A stretch of DNA of 64,000 nucleotides from an uncultured Saprospiraceae bacterium (GTDB taxonomy: Bacteria > Bacteroidota > Bacteroidia > Chitinophagales > Saprospiraceae). Shown in pieces: positions 27,056-34,970 of the stretch. How positions within the stretch are numbered: the stretch's first letter is position 1; every line of letters starts with the position of its first letter. The stretch spans positions 17,516-81,515 of the forward strand of contig CAZXLD010000015.1 in assembly GCA_964641965.1 (NCBI GenBank). The letters are read 5' to 3'. The notes beneath the pieces were generated by a model. It was not told where the DNA came from. It did no database searches and saw only the letters and a program-made list of their open reading frames with translations. The position numbers and the translations under genes were made by a program.

Positions 27056-29170
27056 ATGGCACTAATCACCAAGATCAGAAAGAACTTCATTCTCATCATT
27101 ATCCTTATTGGCTTAGGGCTCGGAGGATTCATTATTATGGATATGACCTCCGGGCAACAAAGTGCTTTTGGAGGTCCAAATACCACTCTTGGATCAATTG
27201 AAGGAGAAAAGATCAGTTACAATGACTTCATGCGAACAGACCAAGTTCGTGAACAAATGGTATTTCGAGGCAGCGACCCATTCTTCCGCCGTGAATTACT
27301 ATGGAATTTTACCGTAGAAAAAGTTCTTGTAGAACAAGAAGCAGAAGCCTTGGGCCTAGGAGTAAGTAAAACTGAGCTTTTAGACTTGCAGTTCGGCCCA
27401 AATCCAAGCCCGATCATCCAACAGTACTATCGGAATCCCAGGACAGGACAATTGGATCGCAATCAGCTCAACCAGATTAAGCAAGCGATTGAGTCCAATC
27501 AATTCTCCAACCCACAGTTTCGGGCATTTTGGGCACAACAGGAAAAGGAAGTGATCAAAGAGCGTCTGCAATCCAAATTGGGATTCATGGCTGCCAAAGG
27601 AATTTATACGCCTACTTGGATGGCCGAATTAGGTAATACGGCCCAGAATCAGCGGATGGAACTTGAGTTTGTTGCTGTTCCTTTTGATGAACTCGATAAT
27701 TCCGAAGTTACCCTTACAGACGACGACCTCAAGGCTTTTATCCAAGACAATAAAGCCCGATTTACCAATAAGGAAGAAACCCGAAGAGTCGCTTATGCCA
27801 CCTTCAATGTGACTCCTACAGCCTCCGATTCCGCCTCCTGGAAGAAGGTAATTGCCGATTTGATCCCTGAATTTGAAGAAACGACCGAAGATTCCCTGTT
27901 CGTTCAGGCTCGATTCGGACGGATGGATCCCGCTTATTTGAAAAAAGATCAGGTGAGTCCCTCCTTGGCAGATACTGTTTTTTCGGTTCCAGTCGGAACC
28001 GTGATTGGTCCCTATGTAGAAGGTCGGTTTTATCAGGCAGTAAAAGTAGTGGACCGGAAAGTCCTTCCAGATTCTGTTCGATCACGCCACATCCTGTTAA
28101 GAGCTACTACGCAGGAGGAGGCCAATGCAGCATTTAGCACAATTGATAGCCTAAAGCAAGTCCTGGAATCCGGAACGGGTACTTGGGACTCCTTGGCCCT
28201 CGCATTCGGCACAGATGGGACGCGAACCAATGGAGGAGATCTGGGCTATGCCGCACCCAATCAAATGGTCAAGCCGTTCAATGATTTGATCTTTTTCCAG
28301 GGTGAAGTTGGAAAATTATATGTATTGCCCACCGAGTTTGGCCTGCATTTAGTGGAAATAACGGACCGAAAATATATTGACAATGAAGAAGGAGTAAAAT
28401 TGGCATTTCTGGAACAGTCTATCCTCCCTTCAGAAGATACGCAAAAGGAACGCTATGAAGCTGCCTACGAATTTTTGGGCGGCAATCAAACCATAGCGGA
28501 CCTAAGAGCTGCTACAGATAGTAGGAATATAACTTTGGAAACCTCTCCTGCATTGAAGAAGAATGACTTCAATATTGGGACATTAGGCTCAGGGCAATCT
28601 TCTAGAGACATCATTAAGTGGGCATTTGAAAGCGGCGATCCCGGAGATGTTTCTCCGGAGATTTACAGCTTCCGCGAACCCACTGAAAATTATACGAACA
28701 AATACGTGGTCGTAGCACTAGAGTCGGTTCAGGACCCCGGACTGGCAAAACTTGAAAATATTCGTCAGGATATTGAACCCGAAGTAATTAACCAGAAAAA
28801 AGCAGCCTTACTCACCTCCCGGATGGAAGGAAAATCACCAGAAGCTATCGCGTCCGAATTTAGTATAGAAGTTGATTCTATTTCTGGTGTAACTTTTAAT
28901 ACTTCAACCATTCCGGGTTTGGGGTACGAGCCCAATCTGGTTGCGGCTGCATTTGGCTTAGCACCGGGTGCGGAATCAGAGCCCATTGTGGGCACGAGCG
29001 CCGTATTTAAGATCCGCATGGTTGAGAAGCCGGAGGTCGGAATATTGGGTAATATCCCACAACTGAGACGTTCCCTGTCTTCTTCACCAAGACAAATGGC
29101 CCAAACTCAATTGATTTCCGGGCTTAAAGATAAAGCTTCTATCAAAGACAATCGATCAGATTTCTTTTAA
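27056..29170 (+). CDS. Periplasmic chaperone / parvulin-type peptidyl-prolyl isomerase (PpiD/SurA-like)
   Basis: N-terminal membrane anchor ITKIRKNFILIIILIGLGLGGFII, and a parvulin core SRHILL...GGDLGY...FGLHLVEI. Confidence 0.8.
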   Translation: MALITKIRKNFILIIILIGLGLGGFIIMDMTSGQQSAFGGPNTTLGSIEGEKISYNDFMRTDQVREQMVFRGSDPFFRRELLWNFTVEKVLVEQEAEALGLGVSKTELLDLQFGPNPSPIIQQYYRNPRTGQLDRNQLNQIKQAIESNQFSNPQFRAFWAQQEKEVIKERLQSKLGFMAAKGIYTPTWMAELGNTAQNQRMELEFVAVPFDELDNSEVTLTDDDLKAFIQDNKARFTNKEETRRVAYATFNVTPTASDSASWKKVIADLIPEFEETTEDSLFVQARFGRMDPAYLKKDQVSPSLADTVFSVPVGTVIGPYVEGRFYQAVKVVDRKVLPDSVRSRHILLRATTQEEANAAFSTIDSLKQVLESGTGTWDSLALAFGTDGTRTNGGDLGYAAPNQMVKPFNDLIFFQGEVGKLYVLPTEFGLHLVEITDRKYIDNEEGVKLAFLEQSILPSEDTQKERYEAAYEFLGGNQTIADLRAATDSRNITLETSPALKKNDFNIGTLGSGQSSRDIIKWAFESGDPGDVSPEIYSFREPTENYTNKYVVVALESVQDPGLAKLENIRQDIEPEVINQKKAALLTSRMEGKSPEAIASEFSIEVDSISGVTFNTSTIPGLGYEPNLVAAAFGLAPGAESEPIVGTSAVFKIRMVEKPEVGILGNIPQLRRSLSSSPRQMAQTQLISGLKDKASIKDNRSDFF

Positions 29171-29197
29171 AGGAGTCTCCTGATATACCAGAAAAAC

Positions 29198-29233
29198 GGG
29201 GGTGCTTTCAGAGGAAAGTCATCCCCCTTTTTC
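29198..29233 (+). terminator. Intrinsic terminator after the PpiD-like gene
   Basis: GGGGGTGCTTTC-AGAG-GAAAGTCATCCCCC forms an imperfect hairpin followed by TTTTT, 28 nt after the stop codon. Confidence 0.6.
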
Positions 29234-29502
29234 ATGATTTTTTGTCATCTTTGCCACCCGTAATCGCCGTATAAGACCAACTTCTAAAACATTCCACCAT
29301 GGCTGACGAAATAAAGAATGCCGGCATCAAAGGATATTGTCTACTTGGAATTATAGTCTTCCTCCTCTTATTCACCATCCTGGTGGTAGGAATATACCAA
29401 TACAACTTTCTTTACCTGGGTAATTAAACCCTTGCAGCTATTTTAGGTAGAAGTTGCTGTAGAATGGGCAGGAAGAAAGACCAGTCTTTCAGCGCCATCT
29501 TT

Positions 29503-30450
29503 TCAATGACTTACCCTGATTCCATTTTCAGGACTCTGTACAGTCTTTAGAAATTGAATGGCTTCATCCAGACTCCGCAGAATAGATGAGTTTTGAGGTG
29601 GATTGACTTGTTGAGCTACGATTTGATAGCCAGATAAGAGTAGATGAGTATTGGGGAAAAGCTCAGAAAGGCGATCAACGTACCGCTGAATCGGTTCCTT
29701 CGCAAACGATTCAGTAATCATGGTAAAAATGTAATCGGGCTTGTGTATCGTACAGGCATCTTTCAAATCTCCAATTGAAATATCCTGGCCGATGTAGACT
29801 ACGCGATTCTTCCGCACTTTTAACATATAGTGCATGAAAAGCAAGGTCAATTCTTGCTTTTCGCCCTCAGGTAGGTACAATAAAAACTTCTTTCCAAGAT
29901 GTTCGTTTGGAAGTGGTTCCTGATCAATAGCCACGATAAGCTTTTGCCGGATCAGGTAACTCATAAAATTTTCCTGGACGGGTGTAATTGAACCTGTAAG
30001 CCAGAGCAGACCCAACTTTTCGAGGAAAGGATAAATTACCTCCAACATAGTTTGCTCGAAACCCAACTGTTGTATGTTTGTACCCACAATGCGATCAAAC
30101 TTGGCTTCGTCCATCTCGATCATGGCCAAGGTAAGTGCATCGAGTTGAGTTCCATACTCCACGTTAATCTCCGAAATAGCCGCTACTTTTTCTGCCAATT
30201 CCTGCTGACTCATTTTTGCGATCCGTGATATTCGGATTCCATTTTTATTCAGCAGAGCGATGTTAAGCAAGAGCTTAAGATCATCGTCGTTGTAGTATCG
30301 GATATTGGTCTTGGTACGCTTTGGCTGGATAATACTGTAGCGTTGCTCCCACACTCGTATAGTGTGTGCCTTGATACCGGTGAGTTTTTCCAAATCACTG
30401 ATGGAATATACGGCCACGATTAACGCTTTCTGGAGTGCATAGTGTAGCAC
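29503..30450 (-). CDS. MerR-family regulator with a CarH/LitR-like helical-bundle plus B12-binding-like Rossmann domain (signature His residues replaced)
   Basis: MerR HTH YSISDLEKLTGIKAHTIRVWEQRY...RYYNDDDL. Downstream are W-x9-EN (WLTGSITPVQEN) and LPEGEKQELTLLF...VVYIGQDISIGDL, which align with the CarH W-x9-EH and E-x-H-x-x-G regions. The true start may be the GTG at 30417. Confidence 0.75.
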   Translation of the reverse strand: MLHYALQKALIVAVYSISDLEKLTGIKAHTIRVWEQRYSIIQPKRTKTNIRYYNDDDLKLLLNIALLNKNGIRISRIAKMSQQELAEKVAAISEINVEYGTQLDALTLAMIEMDEAKFDRIVGTNIQQLGFEQTMLEVIYPFLEKLGLLWLTGSITPVQENFMSYLIRQKLIVAIDQEPLPNEHLGKKFLLYLPEGEKQELTLLFMHYMLKVRKNRVVYIGQDISIGDLKDACTIHKPDYIFTMITESFAKEPIQRYVDRLSELFPNTHLLLSGYQIVAQQVNPPQNSSILRSLDEAIQFLKTVQSPENGIRVSH

Positions 30451-30494
30451 CCTGTCATCTGAAATAATTACGTGAGTAACGCGCTCTATATTAA

Positions 30495-30521
30495 AAGGTT
30501 TATGCTTTTGTAAGGTTTATG
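30495..30521. promoter_or_regulatory. Tandem direct repeat AAGGTTTATG (17-nt period) in the MerR / T9SS-cargo divergent intergenic region
   Basis: AAGGTTTATGcTTTTgtAAGGTTTATGaCTTTTT read directly from the sequence. The copies are at 30495..30504 and 30512..30521. Confidence 0.25.
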
Positions 30522-30643
30522 ACTTTTTGGATCTGGCAGAAGGTTGAGGTGCTGGAAGCAGGCTATGGCAATGAAAATTTCTATTAATTTGGAGCTTTGC
30601 CTTTCGTTGGCTGACTTTCCCTTTCATGTAAAAACTCCGGCTC

Positions 30644-33544
30644 ATGAGCAAATGGTTACCGCTTATCTTAATCCTTTTCTTTACCGGTTTAGTGTGGCAG
30701 AGTAAAGCCCAAGATCAAACCTGCCTGTACCTGATCGACTTACAAGCTCCGGCAGGCAATGGTCTAAATGGCGCTTTTCTTGAAGTTATAGCCGAATCGG
30801 ATACATCTACATTTACTTTACAGTCCGGTAATCAACGATTTATCGAGCTCCCGATACCCAATGGGGAAGAGTTTCGGATTTTGCTAAATCCAGGCCTATT
30901 GGGTTTTGACAATACGGCCTACGCCATTGTAAATAGTTTTGACCCCAATGCGATTGAGCCGGTCGAAGTCTTTAATGATAGAGTGGATTTCCTCTCCGTG
31001 ATCCGAGCAATCGGGCCAGCTTCCTGTGCTACTTGCCAGGCTGTTATTCCACCGCTGGTCAACATTGACCGAATCAGGGCCAGTACGGCAGACGTAAATT
31101 GGGGGGAACTGCCCCAGGCAGAAAGTTACCTGGTTGAATACGGAGAGACTGGTTTCCTACCCGATAGCGGAATAGTAGAACAAGTAGTCGATAATTCGAT
31201 CCGCCTGATGGGGCTGATCCCCAAGACTCAATACGACGTATACCTCTCTGCCGTTTGCGCAGCCGGTGATACCTCTGAACGCCGCGGGCCCTTCACCTTT
31301 GAAAGTCGATTCGAACAGGACGCTGGCGTAGCCAGTGTAGACATCCCCACAGCCGATTGTGCCTTGGAGGCATCCTCTTTACCTCTTCAGGTCCAGGTAG
31401 CCAATTTTGGTTCGACCCCGCAGTCGTTAGTTCGATTAGGTTTCAGTGTCAATGGTGATCCTGTAGCCATAGATTACCCAAGAGATGGCGTATATACAGG
31501 TATCATTGGAAGTGGCCAAAGCGACGAATTCCAATTTGATGCCCAGATCAGCCTTGCGGAAGGCCCAGGCGACTACGAAATCCAGATCTGGACGTTTTTG
31601 GATGGAGATGAGGACCTGACCAATGACACCTTAACCTATATTTACACCCTGCAAACCCGCATAGACAGCTTTCCCTATCGGGAAAACCTGGATAGTACGT
31701 CCCGCATTCTAGGTATTGAAACCACCAGCCAGAGCGCTTCCTGGCAATTTGGTACGTTGGAAGGCCCCAGATTTCTGAAGGAGCCAAGTAGCGAAAATTC
31801 CTGGTTTTCGGTTCGCGAAGCAGGGCAGGAAGGAGAACCTGAATTAAGCTTTCTTCGATTCCCATGCCTTGATCTGTCCGAATTTGAAGAAGATCCCCTA
31901 CTCAGCTTTGCTTTTCGTATTGCAAGCTCCAATACCTCAGGATTCAATAGTGCCTGGGTTGAATACAGTTTGGATGGTGGTGCCAATTGGGATCGTTTGG
32001 GCGTCCAGGGAACTGGTCTGAATTGGTACAATGGGTCCTTTGTGGAGCCTGGTGCGGCTATTTGGTCTCCTGATTTTAATGGCCAGGATTTTTCGACTGT
32101 TTGGACTACCGTAATACACCCATTGGCCGGTTTGGCAGGAGCTGACGATGTCAAATTAAGATTGGCCTATCAAACGCTTGATGAGCCTGCCGATTATGAT
32201 ATTCTATTAGACAATCTTCAGGTTTATGGCCAGGCTGAAAACGACCTTACAGCCATAGAAGCAGAACGTATCTCATCGGTTTTTCTTTGTGAGGAGAATC
32301 AAATAGAACACTCCGTTCGATTTGAATTTGCTAACATCGGGACCCTGGCCCAAAGCGATATACTGGTTGGGTTTGCTATCAATGATGATCCTGGAGGTGT
32401 AGTTGCACTAGATCCCGCTTCGTTAGGACCCAATGAAACGGCAGAACGGACCTTACCTATCTTGACTCCAAATGAGCCTGGTTCTTATCAAATCAGGTTA
32501 TGGGTCTCTGGAGAAGAAGATAATAACTTCTTAAACGACACCCTAACCATCAATTTCGACATCCCGGACCCTTCTGTACCATTTAAGGAGGACTTTGAAA
32601 ACTTGGAATTTGTGGAGCTGCCTGTCGGATGGAGATTGTCACAGTCCTCCTCGATTGAGGCTCCTTTCTCGGGTAGCACTAAAGTATTGGCTTATACGCC
32701 CATCCCTCCTGCTGCTGAAGTACAATATACCACTCCGCTCATCGGCCCACTTGGAGTAAGTGACTCTCTCTTATTTGATCTTTTTTTGAATTTTGTTCCG
32801 GAAGATGACTTTTCGATTTTGGTAACCGCTTCTTCAGATTGCTTTGCCAGTAGTGTAGTGGTTGAAGAATTTGAGGCTACTGACCTTCAAGAAGTATTTA
32901 CCTTTTTTACATCCTCTTCCAGCTTGGCAGACCTCGCCGGAGAAGATGTACAGTTCCGTTTCCGGTTCTCTAGCCCGTCCCTTGGTACAGTTGGAAACTT
33001 TTTCCTGGATAATGTGAGTGTCATCGGATGTCAAGCAGATTTCAACCCACAAGTAGAAATTGTCGATGCTTCCTCGCCTTCGGCAAACGATGGAAGTATT
33101 ACTGTTACCCCAACTACAGGTGTGGGACCATTCTCCTTCGAGTGGAACACCGGTGATACAACTTCATCGATCAATAATTTGGCTCCTGGGAGCTATTCAG
33201 TCCTTATACAAGATTCCACAGGTTGTTCCCAGATGGTGCTTGCTGAAGTGGATGTAGTTACCTCGACCCAGGAACTATCGTCAGCTATTGAATCCGTGAC
33301 ATTGATGCCGAACCCAACGGGATCAACCACTCAATTAATTGCGAATTTTGATAAGGCCGTTCAAGTTGACTGGCAACTATTCAATATCAATGGCCAGCTT
33401 CTCCAGCAATCGGGTTCGCCAATTTTAGTAAGCAGATTAAACGAACAAGTTGACCTGAACAGTTATTCTCCAGGGGTCTATTTGCTGAAGCTGCGAGTAG
33501 AAAATCAGATACAAACACTTAGGATTGTCCGAACCGGATTTTAA
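30644..33544 (+). CDS. Secreted multidomain T9SS cargo (FN3-like domain, SprB repeat, Por-type C-terminal sorting domain)
   Basis: Signal peptide LILILFFTGLVWQSKAQ. FN3-like STADVNWGELPQAESYLVEYGETGF...YDVYLSAVC. SprB repeat DASSPSANDGSITVTPTTGVGPFSFEWNTGDTT...GSYSVLIQDSTGCS. C-terminal domain MPNPTGSTTQL...GVYLLKLRVENQIQTLRIV (TIGR04183-like). Confidence 0.8.
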   Translation: MSKWLPLILILFFTGLVWQSKAQDQTCLYLIDLQAPAGNGLNGAFLEVIAESDTSTFTLQSGNQRFIELPIPNGEEFRILLNPGLLGFDNTAYAIVNSFDPNAIEPVEVFNDRVDFLSVIRAIGPASCATCQAVIPPLVNIDRIRASTADVNWGELPQAESYLVEYGETGFLPDSGIVEQVVDNSIRLMGLIPKTQYDVYLSAVCAAGDTSERRGPFTFESRFEQDAGVASVDIPTADCALEASSLPLQVQVANFGSTPQSLVRLGFSVNGDPVAIDYPRDGVYTGIIGSGQSDEFQFDAQISLAEGPGDYEIQIWTFLDGDEDLTNDTLTYIYTLQTRIDSFPYRENLDSTSRILGIETTSQSASWQFGTLEGPRFLKEPSSENSWFSVREAGQEGEPELSFLRFPCLDLSEFEEDPLLSFAFRIASSNTSGFNSAWVEYSLDGGANWDRLGVQGTGLNWYNGSFVEPGAAIWSPDFNGQDFSTVWTTVIHPLAGLAGADDVKLRLAYQTLDEPADYDILLDNLQVYGQAENDLTAIEAERISSVFLCEENQIEHSVRFEFANIGTLAQSDILVGFAINDDPGGVVALDPASLGPNETAERTLPILTPNEPGSYQIRLWVSGEEDNNFLNDTLTINFDIPDPSVPFKEDFENLEFVELPVGWRLSQSSSIEAPFSGSTKVLAYTPIPPAAEVQYTTPLIGPLGVSDSLLFDLFLNFVPEDDFSILVTASSDCFASSVVVEEFEATDLQEVFTFFTSSSSLADLAGEDVQFRFRFSSPSLGTVGNFFLDNVSVIGCQADFNPQVEIVDASSPSANDGSITVTPTTGVGPFSFEWNTGDTTSSINNLAPGSYSVLIQDSTGCSQMVLAEVDVVTSTQELSSAIESVTLMPNPTGSTTQLIANFDKAVQVDWQLFNINGQLLQQSGSPILVSRLNEQVDLNSYSPGVYLLKLRVENQIQTLRIVRTGF

Positions 33545-33557
33545 GGATGAACATAAA

Positions 33558-33565
33558 TAGATTTG
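33558..33565 (+). promoter_or_regulatory. Candidate -7 promoter element TAGATTTG upstream of bshA
   Basis: Exact TAnnTTTG match 85 nt upstream of the ATG. No good -33 element was found. Confidence 0.3.
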
Positions 33566-33649
33566 TTATTTTTTGGTTACCGACTCCCCCCAAAGCGAAC
33601 TTTTTGGTAATTAAAATGTCATGATTGAATTGGTAAAAAGGGCATAAAC

Positions 33650-34813
33650 ATGAAAATTGGAATCGTCTGTTATCCCACCTACGGAGGAAGCGGGGTTGTA
33701 GCTACGGAGTTGGGACTGGGATTAGCTTCCGCCGGGCATGAAATTCATTTCATTACGTATAAGCGTCCGGCACGATTATCCTCCTTTCACGAAAATGTTA
33801 CCTACCATGAGGTAAACGATGCGGATTATCCACTTTTTGAATATCCGCCATATGATACCGCCCTGGCCAGTAAGCTGGTGGATGTTGTCAAGTTTGAAAA
33901 CCTGGACCTGTTGCATGTACATTATGCCATTCCACATGCAGCGGTCGCCTACATGGCTAAAAAAATCCTACTGACCGAGGGAAGGTATGTTCCGGTAATC
34001 ACCACCCTTCATGGAACCGACATCACCCTGGTTGGAAAGAATGATGCCTTCCGGCCTGTGGTAGCCTTTTCTATCAACAAATCTGATGGCGTAACTGCTG
34101 TATCGGAAAGTCTGAAGCAACAGACTTATGAATACTTCTCCATTGAAAAAGAAATAGAAGTACTCTATAATTTCATTGACTTCACCCGATTTACCAAGCT
34201 AAATAAAGATCACTTTAAGAAAGCTATAGCTCCAAACGGGGAACGAATCATCACACATACCTCCAATTTCCGAAAAGTCAAGCGCGTCGAAGATGTGGTC
34301 CATGTTTTTAAAAAAATCTTCGATCGGGTACCTTCCAAGCTCCTGTTGATTGGAGATGGACCTGAACGCCACAACATGGAGCAATTGTGCCGAGACCTTG
34401 GCCTATGCGATGAAATCCGTTTTTTAGGCAAGCAGGATGCTATAGAAGAGCTCCTTGCCGTTTCAGACCTTTTCATAATGCCATCTGAAAGTGAAAGCTT
34501 TGGGCTGGCAGCGCTGGAAGCCATGGCCTGCGAGGTACCCGTAATCTCTACTGACGTAGGTGGTCTTCCGGAGGTAAACCTTCATGGTAAAACCGGCTTT
34601 CTGAGTAAGGTGGGAGATGTAGAGGAAATGGCCCAGTATGCCAGCATTATTCTCGAAAATAACGACACGCTCCAAACCTTCCGCCGTAATGCATTGGCTC
34701 AAGCCAAACGGTTCGACATAAAAAATATCCTACCCCAATACGAAGCTTACTACGAGAAGATCCTTAAGCATGCTATATGGAATAAAACACGACAGCTTAC
34801 AGCTACAGATTAA
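33650..34813 (+). CDS. bshA: N-acetyl-alpha-D-glucosaminyl L-malate synthase (bacillithiol biosynthesis GT4 glycosyltransferase)
   Basis: MKIGIVCYPTYGGSGVVATELGLGLASAGHEIHFITY and TTLHGTDITLVG, plus the C-terminal PSESESFGLAALEAMACEVPVISTDVGGLPEV. This matches BshA closely as I recall it. Confidence 0.85.
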   Translation: MKIGIVCYPTYGGSGVVATELGLGLASAGHEIHFITYKRPARLSSFHENVTYHEVNDADYPLFEYPPYDTALASKLVDVVKFENLDLLHVHYAIPHAAVAYMAKKILLTEGRYVPVITTLHGTDITLVGKNDAFRPVVAFSINKSDGVTAVSESLKQQTYEYFSIEKEIEVLYNFIDFTRFTKLNKDHFKKAIAPNGERIITHTSNFRKVKRVEDVVHVFKKIFDRVPSKLLLIGDGPERHNMEQLCRDLGLCDEIRFLGKQDAIEELLAVSDLFIMPSESESFGLAALEAMACEVPVISTDVGGLPEVNLHGKTGFLSKVGDVEEMAQYASIILENNDTLQTFRRNALAQAKRFDIKNILPQYEAYYEKILKHAIWNKTRQLTATD

Positions 34814-34970
34814 TTCTCCTGGTGTACCAATCTATTTTATAAAGAGATTTCCAGCGGCTCTCTGTCAAAGGATAGCAAAGGAAAAGCATCTAGTTGGCTT
34901 GGATGGCACAACGATCTAAGTCCTTGTAATCCATGACAAACTTTTGGGTCAGAATTAGTTGACACCACTG

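Noticed and set aside
29210-29220. AGAGGAAAGTC, resembling the RNase P RNA P4 motif GAGGAAAGUCC.
   Set aside because: It forms the loop and 3' arm of a 30-nt terminator hairpin directly after the PpiD-like gene. None of the other conserved RNase P regions is present.
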